From NCBI GenBank assembly GCA_965237575.1, contig CBDEGI010000002.1:160424-224423 (forward strand): a stretch of 64,000 nt of DNA, given 5' to 3'. Within the stretch, counting starts at the first letter, position 1. Each line of letters begins with the position of its first letter. Source of the stretch: Bryobacterales bacterium (lineage in GTDB: Bacteria > Acidobacteriota > Terriglobia > Bryobacterales > UBA6623). Positions 55,720 through 64,000 of this stretch are shown here, piece by piece. The notes under the pieces were generated by a model. It did no database searches. It was not told the origin of the DNA and saw nothing but the letters and a program-made list of their open reading frames with translations. The translations under genes and the position numbers were made by a program.

Positions 55720-56042
55720 CTATGGCCCATCGAGACCAAACACCGAGCAGTGGAAACGTCTTCGCCGACTTGGGCCTGCCGAAGCCCGATGATCTACTGG
55801 TGAAAGCGGAGTTGGCGGCGAGAATCATCCGTGAGATCGACCGGCGGCGGCTGACACAGATTGGTGCCGCCGGGGCACTCGGGATCGATCAACCGAAAGT
55901 CTCGGCGCTGAAGCAAGGCAAGCTCACCGGCTTCTCGATCGAGCGCCTGATGCGGCTTCTCTTGCGGCTCGGCCGGGACATCGAGATCAAAGTGAAAGAG
56001 AAGCCGAAGTCACGGACGTCGGCGCGGCTGCGCGTCGCATGA
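55716..56042 (+). CDS. XRE-family HTH antitoxin (HigA-like)
   Basis: SGNVFADLGLPKPDDLLVKAELAARIIREIDRRRLTQIGAAGALGIDQPKVSALKQGKLTGFSIERLMRLLLRLGRDIEIKV is typical of the partner of Gp49-like toxins. Confidence 0.75.
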   Translation: MTMAHRDQTPSSGNVFADLGLPKPDDLLVKAELAARIIREIDRRRLTQIGAAGALGIDQPKVSALKQGKLTGFSIERLMRLLLRLGRDIEIKVKEKPKSRTSARLRVA

Positions 56043-56095
56043 ATGATGTAGCGTAAGCGAATGCCGCTGGAGCATTGCGGAGCTGACGCCCGCCC

Positions 56096-56485
56096 CTACG
56101 TGTCCGACGGTTCGCTGTCGAGGAAGCGGTTGGGGCGCAGGAAGAAGCCGATCGTCAGGGCGCCGTTGGGGCAGTGGGCGTCGTGGCGGCTGCCGGCGGG
56201 CCGCCAGACGTAATTCCCTGCGGTGACTTCGCCTTCATCGTCGACCAAACTGCCTTCCAGTACGTAGGTCTGCTCGATCTCGACGTGCTCATGGAGCGGC
56301 AGCCGCGCGCCCGGAGAGCAACGAAACAGCGCCGTGAGCAGGCCCGACTCCTTGTCCTCCATCAGGATCTTCATCTCGATCCCGTCGTACTTGGTGGGCG
56401 TCCAAGGAAGCTCGTCGACGCGAACGTAGCGCGAGGCCAGCGGCGCGAGGCCTTCGTGGTGGGCGTGGGGCGTCTCGGCAGGCAT
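56096..56485 (-). CDS. cupin-domain protein (ChrR C-terminal-like)
   Basis: ...DELPWTP....GIEMKILMEDKESGLLTALFRCSPGARLPLHEHVEIEQTYVLEGSLVDDEGEVTAGNYVWRPAGSRHDAHC. An alternative start at ATG 56650 would add a hydrophobic leader. Confidence 0.7.
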   Translation of the reverse strand: MPAETPHAHHEGLAPLASRYVRVDELPWTPTKYDGIEMKILMEDKESGLLTALFRCSPGARLPLHEHVEIEQTYVLEGSLVDDEGEVTAGNYVWRPAGSRHDAHCPNGALTIGFFLRPNRFLDSEPSDT

Positions 56486-56665
56486 GATTGGCGCCAATCT
56501 TATCACAGCGCTCGGTCTCAGAACGGCCGCGTCGCCGAGCCGGATGCCCGCAGTGATCAGGGTGCCGAATTGAAGTACGAACAGCGCCGCCGCGAAACTG
56601 AACCCGCGACAGAGCAACGACCGCAGTCCGGTAAGAGGACACAGTATCATTAGTCGAGCCTCATC

Positions 56666-57862
56666 ATGCCCCGAAATCTCTCCTCTGATCTGGCCAAGAA
56701 AGTTTGCTCCGCGGTGAACCGAGACCGTCTCGTTGAGACAGCCATCGGGCTCGTGGAGGTTCCCAGCCCTACGCGGAGTGCGGGAGCGGTCGCTGACCGC
56801 CTGGCCGAGATCCTGACCGGCGACGGCTTCGCGGTCGAGCGGCTCGTGGCCGACTGGCCCGACGCGCCCGCCGTCGTCACGCGTGTCGAGAGCGGCAGAC
56901 CCGGGCCGGTGCTGCAGTTCGACGGACACCTCGATACCGTGCACCTCCCGTTCGTCCCACCGCGCCACGAGAACGGTTGCCTTTACGGCTCCGGTGCATC
57001 GGACATGAAGGGCGGGATCGCTGCGTTCGTCGAGGCCGCGCGGGCGCTGTGCGAGATCGGCGGGTTGCAGGCGGGCGGCGTGCTACTCACGGCGCACGAT
57101 ATGCACGAGGGCCCGTGGGGCGACCGACGTCAACTGCGCTCACTGATCAGCCAGGGTGTCCACGGCGACGCGGTGATGCTGCCGGAGTATTTCGCCGACA
57201 AGTTGCCACTCGCGGGGCGCGGCATGGCGATCTTCGAGATTCACATCCGGCGAGACGGCGAACCCGTTCACGAAGTGCTGCGCCCGGCCGGACTTCCCTC
57301 GGTCGTCAACGCGGGGGCCGATCTGGTCGTGAAGCTGCGTGACCTTGACGAGACGATGACCGGCACCGAGGCCGCGGGCATCGGGCGCGATTCGGTGTTC
57401 GTCGGTCAGATTGAGTCGGGCGAGATCTACAACCAGGCGCCGGTCGAGTGCCTGGTGCGCGGTACCCGGCGCTGGGTGACGCCCGGGACCGCGGCGGAGG
57501 TCGAGCAGGGCTTCCGCGAGCTACTCGAACAGCATGCCCAGGCCAGCGGTACGCGGATCGATCTTGACTACTCGTTGCAAGGCGATGCGTTCCGGATCGA
57601 CGAGGGCGAAACGGCCGTGGCGGCGTTTCAAACAGCGCACACCGCGTTGACCGGCGCGCCATTGCCGGCCGGGGCCAAGCCGTTTCTCGACGATGGCAAC
57701 TTGTTTTGCTCGATGGCGGGCGTGCCGGCCTTGACCCATGGCCCTGCGGCGACGGGCGCCCACACGCTGAACGAATGTGTGGCGGTGGATGAGTTGGTGC
57801 GGGTGGCGCGAGTGTATGCGCTGACGGCGTTGTCGTTTTGCGCTGAGACAAGCGACGGGTAG
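56666..57862 (+). CDS. M20-family metallopeptidase (ArgE/DapE/ACY1 type)
   Basis: VLQFDGHLDTV and YGSGASDMKGGIAAFVEAARAL are present, and the size (398 aa) fits. Confidence 0.8.
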   Translation: MPRNLSSDLAKKVCSAVNRDRLVETAIGLVEVPSPTRSAGAVADRLAEILTGDGFAVERLVADWPDAPAVVTRVESGRPGPVLQFDGHLDTVHLPFVPPRHENGCLYGSGASDMKGGIAAFVEAARALCEIGGLQAGGVLLTAHDMHEGPWGDRRQLRSLISQGVHGDAVMLPEYFADKLPLAGRGMAIFEIHIRRDGEPVHEVLRPAGLPSVVNAGADLVVKLRDLDETMTGTEAAGIGRDSVFVGQIESGEIYNQAPVECLVRGTRRWVTPGTAAEVEQGFRELLEQHAQASGTRIDLDYSLQGDAFRIDEGETAVAAFQTAHTALTGAPLPAGAKPFLDDGNLFCSMAGVPALTHGPAATGAHTLNECVAVDELVRVARVYALTALSFCAETSDG

Positions 57863-58072
57863 CGCGGGCTACTGGGGTTGCTTGCCACGCGGCACTTGAA
57901 CCCATGTGTCGGTAAGAGTACCGACACGGCAGGTCTGGGGGCCCGCGCCACACCGGACGCGGCATGAATGCCCTGGCCGCGGCGTTGGGCGGTCCACGAC
58001 TACCGCTGGTTCGACCTTGGAGTTGGAGGCTCTTTGGGGCATAATATCTACGGGTAGGGGTGGGATGCCGGT

Positions 58073-60739
58073 ATGCGCTTGATTCCTCGCACAGTTCGGC
58101 TCGGGCTGGTGCTTTGCGCGGCTGCTTCTTTGGCCGTGGCGGCAAGCCCTGTCTTGGACTCCTCGCTGGAGAAGGCCGGGCCGGCGGTTGTCGAGATCTA
58201 CGAGAACCTGGCTCCTCCTCCTCCGTCGACCCCCGAGGAAGCCCAGGCGGGTTGGAAGAAGAAGTACGTCCACCACAAGGCCCGCGACATCAGTTTGACC
58301 GGGCTGACGCCCACGTTTCGCTATACCGAGTCGGCCTTTGGCTTTCCACGGCTGCCAACCAAGTTCTCGAAGAACGCTCTGGTCTTGGATTACTCCGAGC
58401 CCTTCGCGCTGCGGGCGGGCATGACAGCCGCGCTGCCGGCTGGGAGCTACCAGTTCCGGCTTCGATCGAAGGGGTCGGCGCGGTTTGAGCTGGACGGCAA
58501 GATCCTCGCGACCACGAAACGCCAGAAGCCGAACCGGTCAAGCAACGACGAGTTGCCGCCGCCCCCTGAGTTTGTGGAACCTCCTCTTCGCCCGGCGAGT
58601 GTTCCCCATCAAGACGTGTTGGTGACCGTGGACCTAGATGGCGGGGAGCACCAGTTCACGCTCATCGCGCTGATCGGCGGTTATGGCTTGATTCCCGATC
58701 CGGCGGAGCTTTCGTTGAGCTACTCCCGTGACGGGGAAGTCGACCGACTGCTCGGGGGTGCTGACACGCCGTTGCTGACGAACGAGGGTTGGGAAGCCTA
58801 CGAGGCCAAGGTCATTGCGCGTCACAGCCAGGGAGATGTGGCGCGGCGGCGCGCGGCCGATGATGCGGTCGAGGCCGCTTGGGGGGAGCGGCATGGTCGC
58901 GTGCGCGAGTGGCTGGCCACCGAGGCTCCGGTGGCGGTGCCCGGGGTTGCGTCCGAGGAGTCCGTCCACAACGACATCGACCGGTTCGTTCAAGTGAGGC
59001 TGGAAGAGGCAGGTGTCCGGCCCATGCCGCTGACGACGGACATCGAGTTTCTTCGCCGGCTGTCGCTTGATGTGATTGGAGTTATCCCCACGGCGGATGA
59101 GCTTCGGGCGTACATCGAGGACCCGCCCGAGCGGCGACGGCAACGGGCCATCGAGCGGTTGCTGAGCCACCCGGGTTGGGCCGACCACTGGGTCCCCTAT
59201 TGGCAGGATGTGTTGGCCGAGAACCCCAGCATCCTGAAGCCGGATCTCAACAATAGCGGTCCGTTTCGATGGTGGCTGCATCAAGCCTTCAGCGACGACC
59301 TGCCGTTCGATCGCGTGGTGACCGAGCTGATCGAAATGGAGGGGAGCCTCTACCAGGGTGCGCCGCGTGGATTCGCGATGGCGAGCCTCAACGATGCACC
59401 GATGGCGGCGAAGGCCGATATTCTTTCGCAGGCGTTTCTGGGCCAGAAGTTGTCGTGCGCCCGCTGCCATGACGCTCCGTTCCACCCCTTTAAGCAGAAG
59501 GACTTATTCAGCGTCGCCGCGCTACTTGACGGCAACCCCATCGAGCTGCCCGAGGCCAGCACCGTGCCGGTCCGCGAAGGGGCGCGCAAGCCGTTCGTTC
59601 AGATCTCGCTGAAGCCGGGCGACCGGATTGATCCGCACTGGCCGTTTCAAGCTCTGAGCGGAAACGCCATCGTGGCCGAACCGCCGAGCAATACATCGGT
59701 GGCGAGCCGCCATCAATTGGCGAGCTTGATGGTTGACCCGCAGAACGAGCGTTTCGCCCAGGTGGTGGTCAACCGAGTTTGGAAACGCTACCTGGGGCGG
59801 GGATTGGTTGAGCCAGCGCACGATTGGTCCGAGGCGGAAGTCTCGCACCCGCGGCTGCTGCGGTATTTGTCACGGCAGTTCCTCGAGAGCGGCTATGACC
59901 TCAAGCATCTGGCGCGTTTGATCTTTTCGTCGAACGTGTATCAACGAAGGCCCGACCCGGCGGCAGCCGAGTCCGGCAGCGAGCGCGCCGCCTTGTTGGC
60001 GGGTCCGGTTCGGAGGCGGCTGAGTGCCGAGCAGTTGGTCGATTCGCTCCATGTGGCGGCGGGCAAGAGTCTCGATTGCGAGGAGCTGAATCTCAACCCC
60101 TTGGGCGACCGTCCGCTAAGGCAGTTCGTGAATATGGGGACGCCGCGGCGTGCTTGGGAGATGACGGCGCTGTCCAACGAGCGGGACCGTCCGTCGCTGG
60201 CGTTGCCGAGGGCCCAGGCGTTGGTGGACGTTTTGACGACGTTCGGTTGGCGCCAGGCACGGCAAGACCCAGCCACGGTGCGGGACGACGGGCCTTCGCC
60301 GATGCAGACGCTGATGCTGGCGAACGGTCCGATGGGTACGCGGATTACGCGGCTCTCCGACGACAGCGGTTTCACGCGGTTGGCGTTGGAAGACCGGCGG
60401 CTGGATGAGCTGGTCCGTGAGACCTATCTGCGGCTGCTGTCGCGTCCGCCAAGCCAGGACGAGACGAACGTTTTCGTCGATTACCTGCAACCGACCTACG
60501 CCGACCGCCGAGTGCCCGGGAGGACGCTGTCGGACGTCGATCTGTCGAAGAAGACAGACAAGAGAGTTTCCTGGGCCAACCACATGTCGGAGGAATCGAA
60601 TCTGATTCGGATGGAAGAAGAACGAACCGTGCGGATGGGCGACGAGCCGACTGCGGCTCTGCAACCGGCCTTCCGTGAACGCTACGAAGATGTGGTTTGG
60701 ACCTTGGCGAACTCGCCGGAGTTCAAGATTATTCCGTAG
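58073..60739 (+). CDS. DUF1549/DUF1553 protein, exported
   Basis: The signal is MRLIPRTVRLGLVLCAAASLAVAASP. FLRRLSLDVIGVIPTADELRAYIED...IERLLSHPGWADHWVPYWQDVLAEN is DUF1549 and CARCHDAPFHPFKQKDLFSVAALL is DUF1553. Confidence 0.9.
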   Translation: MRLIPRTVRLGLVLCAAASLAVAASPVLDSSLEKAGPAVVEIYENLAPPPPSTPEEAQAGWKKKYVHHKARDISLTGLTPTFRYTESAFGFPRLPTKFSKNALVLDYSEPFALRAGMTAALPAGSYQFRLRSKGSARFELDGKILATTKRQKPNRSSNDELPPPPEFVEPPLRPASVPHQDVLVTVDLDGGEHQFTLIALIGGYGLIPDPAELSLSYSRDGEVDRLLGGADTPLLTNEGWEAYEAKVIARHSQGDVARRRAADDAVEAAWGERHGRVREWLATEAPVAVPGVASEESVHNDIDRFVQVRLEEAGVRPMPLTTDIEFLRRLSLDVIGVIPTADELRAYIEDPPERRRQRAIERLLSHPGWADHWVPYWQDVLAENPSILKPDLNNSGPFRWWLHQAFSDDLPFDRVVTELIEMEGSLYQGAPRGFAMASLNDAPMAAKADILSQAFLGQKLSCARCHDAPFHPFKQKDLFSVAALLDGNPIELPEASTVPVREGARKPFVQISLKPGDRIDPHWPFQALSGNAIVAEPPSNTSVASRHQLASLMVDPQNERFAQVVVNRVWKRYLGRGLVEPAHDWSEAEVSHPRLLRYLSRQFLESGYDLKHLARLIFSSNVYQRRPDPAAAESGSERAALLAGPVRRRLSAEQLVDSLHVAAGKSLDCEELNLNPLGDRPLRQFVNMGTPRRAWEMTALSNERDRPSLALPRAQALVDVLTTFGWRQARQDPATVRDDGPSPMQTLMLANGPMGTRITRLSDDSGFTRLALEDRRLDELVRETYLRLLSRPPSQDETNVFVDYLQPTYADRRVPGRTLSDVDLSKKTDKRVSWANHMSEESNLIRMEEERTVRMGDEPTAALQPAFRERYEDVVWTLANSPEFKIIP

Positions 60740-60759
60740 GCCGACAAGAGGATCATGCC

Positions 60760-62064
60760 ATGACGAGTTGGAAAGGAACGCGACGAGATCTGTTGAAGAC
60801 AACGGCCGCGGCCGGTGTCGGCATGGGGCTGGGGGCCGGAGCGTTGGCGGGAGCGGGCCGCGTCGGTGAGGGTCCGCGCGGCAAGGCCGACGCCTGCATC
60901 ATGATCTGGCTGGGCGGCGGGGCCGGGCACATCGACACCTTTGATCCGAAACGCCGGGGCGACGCCGAGCGGAATGTAGCGGGGTCCTACTACGATTCGA
61001 TTCCGACCGCGGTGAAAGGCGTGCGTGTTGCCGAGCACCTGCCGAGAACGGCGAAGCTGATGGACCGTTGCGCCATCCTGCGGACGGTCAGCCACGATCT
61101 GGTCGGCCCGCATGGCGCGGCATCGAACTTGATGCACACCGGCCGCAAGCCGAGCGGAACGTTGCAGTATCCCTCGATCGGGTCGGTGGTTTCGCACGAA
61201 CTTGGTACGAAGTCTGACGACGTGCCGGCTTACGTGGTGATGGGCTACCCGAACATCATGCGCGACCCGGGCTTTCTGGGGGCGCGGCATGGGTATGTTT
61301 ATCTGACGCAGACCGAGACCGGCCCGGGCGGGTTGACTCGGGCCCCGGACGTCGACCGCGCCCGGCAACAGCGGCGCGAGATGCTGCTGGGAACTCTGCG
61401 AAATCGTTTGGCGCGGGAGCATGCCGGTGACCCGGCCGTGCAATCCCAAATCGACGTCAACGAGCAGGGCTTTCGCATGGCGGGACCGCGCTTCATGAAG
61501 GTCTTCGACCTTGGTGAAGAGTCGACTTCGCTGCGCGAAGCGTATGGCGGGGAGTTTGGGCAGCGATGCTTATTGGCACGGCGGCTCGTCGGGTCCGGAG
61601 TGCGTTTCGTGGAAGTGTCGTTCAACCTGAACTTCCTGAACGGGTCCGGGTGGGATGTGCACCAGCAGGGCATCTTGAAGCAACATCTCCTCATTCGGGA
61701 CCTGGACCAGGGCTTGGCGACTTTGATTCGGGACCTCGAGAAGCACCAACAGCTTGACCGCACTCTGATCGTTGTCTCAACCGAGTTCGGCCGGCCGCCT
61801 GAGTTCGACAGCCAAGGCGGGCGGGGTCACCAATCGATCGCATTCAGTTGCCTACTGGCGGGCGGCGGTCTTCGCACGGGTCAGGCTATTGGAGCGACCG
61901 ACGAACTCGGTGAGGCGGCTGTCACAAAGCCGATTTCCGTGCCCGACTTTCACGCCACGATTCATGCCGCCCTGGGGATTGACCCGGCCAAGGTCCTCTA
62001 TGCGGGCAAGCGGCCCGTGCCTATCACCGATCACGGTGAGGCGATTCAGCAAGTGTTTAGCTGA
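60760..62064 (+). CDS. DUF1501 protein with Tat-like signal
   Basis: MTSWKGTRRDLLKTTAAAGVGMGLGAG, IMIWLGGGAGHIDTFDPK and STEFGRPP are present. I chose ATG 60760 rather than the overlapping track start 60697. Confidence 0.85.
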   Translation: MTSWKGTRRDLLKTTAAAGVGMGLGAGALAGAGRVGEGPRGKADACIMIWLGGGAGHIDTFDPKRRGDAERNVAGSYYDSIPTAVKGVRVAEHLPRTAKLMDRCAILRTVSHDLVGPHGAASNLMHTGRKPSGTLQYPSIGSVVSHELGTKSDDVPAYVVMGYPNIMRDPGFLGARHGYVYLTQTETGPGGLTRAPDVDRARQQRREMLLGTLRNRLAREHAGDPAVQSQIDVNEQGFRMAGPRFMKVFDLGEESTSLREAYGGEFGQRCLLARRLVGSGVRFVEVSFNLNFLNGSGWDVHQQGILKQHLLIRDLDQGLATLIRDLEKHQQLDRTLIVVSTEFGRPPEFDSQGGRGHQSIAFSCLLAGGGLRTGQAIGATDELGEAAVTKPISVPDFHATIHAALGIDPAKVLYAGKRPVPITDHGEAIQQVFS

Positions 62065-62152
62065 TCGTACTCACTGCGTATCTAGATCGAAACAGCCCTC
62101 CTACGAGGTCGCCCGGCGGTTCCTTTCCGGCGTTCGATATCATGAGCAGGTT

Positions 62153-64000
62153 ATGAGGGCGCTGAGCCTTGTCGCGATTGCTCTTCTCACCGCGGTCAAC
62201 CTGGCGGCGATCGATATCTGTCCGCCGACAGCGGTGTACGAACCGTGCGAGATCACCATCGACCTGACCGATGCCGAGGCCGCCCAGCACCCCAACCCCT
62301 ATGTGAGCGTCGAGCTGCGGGGCGAGTTTCGCTCGCCGAAGAGGGGCACGACCCACGTCATACCGGCCTTCTGGGACGGCGGGGCGCGCTTCAAGTTTCG
62401 CATCGCGCCCACCGCCGTTGGCCGCTGGGACTTTCGGCTGCTCTCGAACATCCCAAGTCTTGACCGCAAGGTTGAAAGCTTCGAGGCGACCGAGGCGCGT
62501 ACGCCCGGTTTCGTGCGGGTCTTCAATCTGCGGTACTTCCGCTACGACCAGCTCAGCACGCCCCACCTATGGATGGGCGACACCTGCTACAAGTTCGCCA
62601 CCATTCCGTTTGACACCTTTCGGCAGCTCGTCGACATCCGCGCGAAGCAGAAGTTCAATCACATGCGGGGCCTCGTGCTCGGCGACGACGCCAACGCCGC
62701 GCGCGTGCTGGCCGACCCCGATCACATCCAGCCCGGCCACTTTCAGGAAGTCGACCGCCGCGTCGCCTACATGAACAGCCAGGGGATCACGTACGATCTG
62801 ATCCTCGCCGGCGACCGCAATCAACTCGTCGAGCTGCTTCCGAAACGCCGCCAGCGACAGCGCTATTTCCGCTACATTGTGGCGCGCTACGCGGCGATGA
62901 ACATTACCTGGCAGGGCGTACAGGAGTTCGAGGAGTACAAAGACGGCGCCCGCGTGCTGCTTGAGATCAACGACTACTTGAAAAAGACGGACCCCTACCA
63001 ACACCCGCGCTCGACGCACGCTGTGACGACCTCGGGTGGGCTGTCGGACCAGGGTTGGGTGGACTACATGGTGCACCAATCTTCGAGTACCGACCTCGCG
63101 GCCGTCGAGTACGAGATGTACCCCGTGCCTTTCGTCAACGCCGAGTTCGGGTACGAAGACAGCGGGGCCGGGAAGTCGCACCAGCACCACGTCGACGCCG
63201 ATGAGTTCCGCCGCCGGCTGTGGCGCGCCGCCATGCACGGCCAGTACGTCACTTACGGCAACACCGGCACCTACGGCGGACGTAAGTTCGACGTCGACCT
63301 CAAGTACGCCGACTCGCCCGGCGCCCGGCAGATGACGCACTTCCATGACTTCTTCGCGCAAACGCGCTACTGGGATCTGGAGCCGTATCCGCGCGTGGCC
63401 GGCGGGCCCGCGCTGGCGTTGGAGTTGCTGCGCTACCGCAGCGACCTGATGGAGGGCGTCGAGTATATCGTCTACGTCGAGAAGCCGCGCCGCGTCGAGC
63501 TGCACGTCGCCAAGGGCAAGTACAACGTGAGCTGGTTCAATCCGATCGACGGAACCTGGATCGACCAGAAGGACGAGTTCAAGGGCGAGCGCTTCATCAC
63601 GGAGGGGCCGCCCGATCCCTCGCACGATTGGGTGCTGTATGTGCGGCGCGAGGGCAAGAAGAACGGCATGCGCAAGTCGTACAAGCTGGAGTCGCGCCGG
63701 CCGAAACCCAAGGAGATCGAGCTGTTGCCGTCGGAGGTGCCCTACACGATCCAGTTCCCCACCGAAGAGGAGTTGGTCGCCGGACAGGAGTACGAATTCA
63801 ACGCCACGCTCACCAAAGACACCCGCACGGCCAAGAGGATGCGCTGGATGTGGGCCGTCGAGGTGCCGGGTGCGAAGAACGGCTACCGTGTTCTGGGCGC
63901 CAAGCAGTTCGGACGCTTCAAGGTCCCCGAAGGGCTGACCCGACGCTATCCGACGACGTTGCTCGTTCGCTTGCTCGGGGTGGACGGTGCGCGCCGCCTG
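62153..64000 (+). CDS. DUF5060 + DUF4038 (GH140-like) protein, 3' end outside the window
   Basis: This ORF is not in the supplied ORF track. My hand translation from ATG 62153 is open for 616 codons to the window edge. MRALSLVAIALLTAVNLAA is the signal. VIPAFWDGGARFKFRIAPTAVGRWDFRL is DUF5060-like, PHLWMGDTCYKFATIPFDTFRQLVDIRAKQKFNHMRG is DUF4038-like, and YIVYVEKPRRVELHVAKGKYNVSWFNPIDGTW is the C-terminal beta domain. Confidence 0.75.
   Translation, partial: MRALSLVAIALLTAVNLAAIDICPPTAVYEPCEITIDLTDAEAAQHPNPYVSVELRGEFRSPKRGTTHVIPAFWDGGARFKFRIAPTAVGRWDFRLLSNIPSLDRKVESFEATEARTPGFVRVFNLRYFRYDQLSTPHLWMGDTCYKFATIPFDTFRQLVDIRAKQKFNHMRGLVLGDDANAARVLADPDHIQPGHFQEVDRRVAYMNSQGITYDLILAGDRNQLVELLPKRRQRQRYFRYIVARYAAMNITWQGVQEFEEYKDGARVLLEINDYLKKTDPYQHPRSTHAVTTSGGLSDQGWVDYMVHQSSSTDLAAVEYEMYPVPFVNAEFGYEDSGAGKSHQHHVDADEFRRRLWRAAMHGQYVTYGNTGTYGGRKFDVDLKYADSPGARQMTHFHDFFAQTRYWDLEPYPRVAGGPALALELLRYRSDLMEGVEYIVYVEKPRRVELHVAKGKYNVSWFNPIDGTWIDQKDEFKGERFITEGPPDPSHDWVLYVRREGKKNGMRKSYKLESRRPKPKEIELLPSEVPYTIQFPTEEELVAGQEYEFNATLTKDTRTAKRMRWMWAVEVPGAKNGYRVLGAKQFGRFKVPEGLTRRYPTTLLVRLLGVDGARRL

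Noticed and set aside
62567-63625. 352-aa minus-strand ORF
   Set aside because: It is antisense to the 616-codon DUF5060/DUF4038-like frame that the track omitted. That plus-strand frame has family motifs and this ORF has none.

Overview
64 kb of high-GC chromosome from a diderm bacterium. A TonB-like protein with repeated LPPL-LTSRPV segments and three DUF1549/DUF1553 + DUF1501 gene pairs suggest Acidobacteriota of the Bryobacter/Solibacter type. Planctomycetota cannot be excluded. All family calls come from reading the translated ORFs and recognising motifs; no search was run.

Housekeeping genes: tonB-like, lspA, lgt, polA, tRNA-Gln(CUG), tRNA-Thr(CGU), nfeD plus an SPFH gene, a SPOR gene, lipA, lnt, and several peptidases and oxidoreductases.

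Accessory and decayed DNA:
- Nt 1-11879 looks like a degraded island next to tRNA-Gln. It holds an integrase stub cut by a complete IS6 element, a second recombinase stub, an IS1182-type transposase, an rve remnant and a TPR pseudogene.
- That island also carries a compact four-gene operon of exported proteins (1535-7233) built on three paralogous CsgG/PelC/LpoB/TolB-N-like modules. This is my best candidate for an undescribed system.
- A 279-bp MITE with 26-bp inverted repeats and a 6-7 bp target duplication sits in frame inside a dapA-family gene.
- A 1.9-kb IS with perfect 19-bp inverted repeats carries a DUF6788-like ORF plus a DDE transposase.
- Nt 43285-45384 is a graveyard of gene and IS fragments: IS1380, a response regulator, an IS6 end, hsdM and a Y1 transposase.
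- A 20-bp perfect palindrome with a CTACAT tail occurs three times, always between genes.
- Two BNR/sialidase-like fragments collide head-on.
- A HigB/HigA-like pair is present.
- Single-nucleotide frameshifts are unusually dense.

No rRNA, CRISPR array or recognisable intact defence system was found. The supplied ORF track omits a 616-codon ORF that runs off the 3' end (62153-64000).
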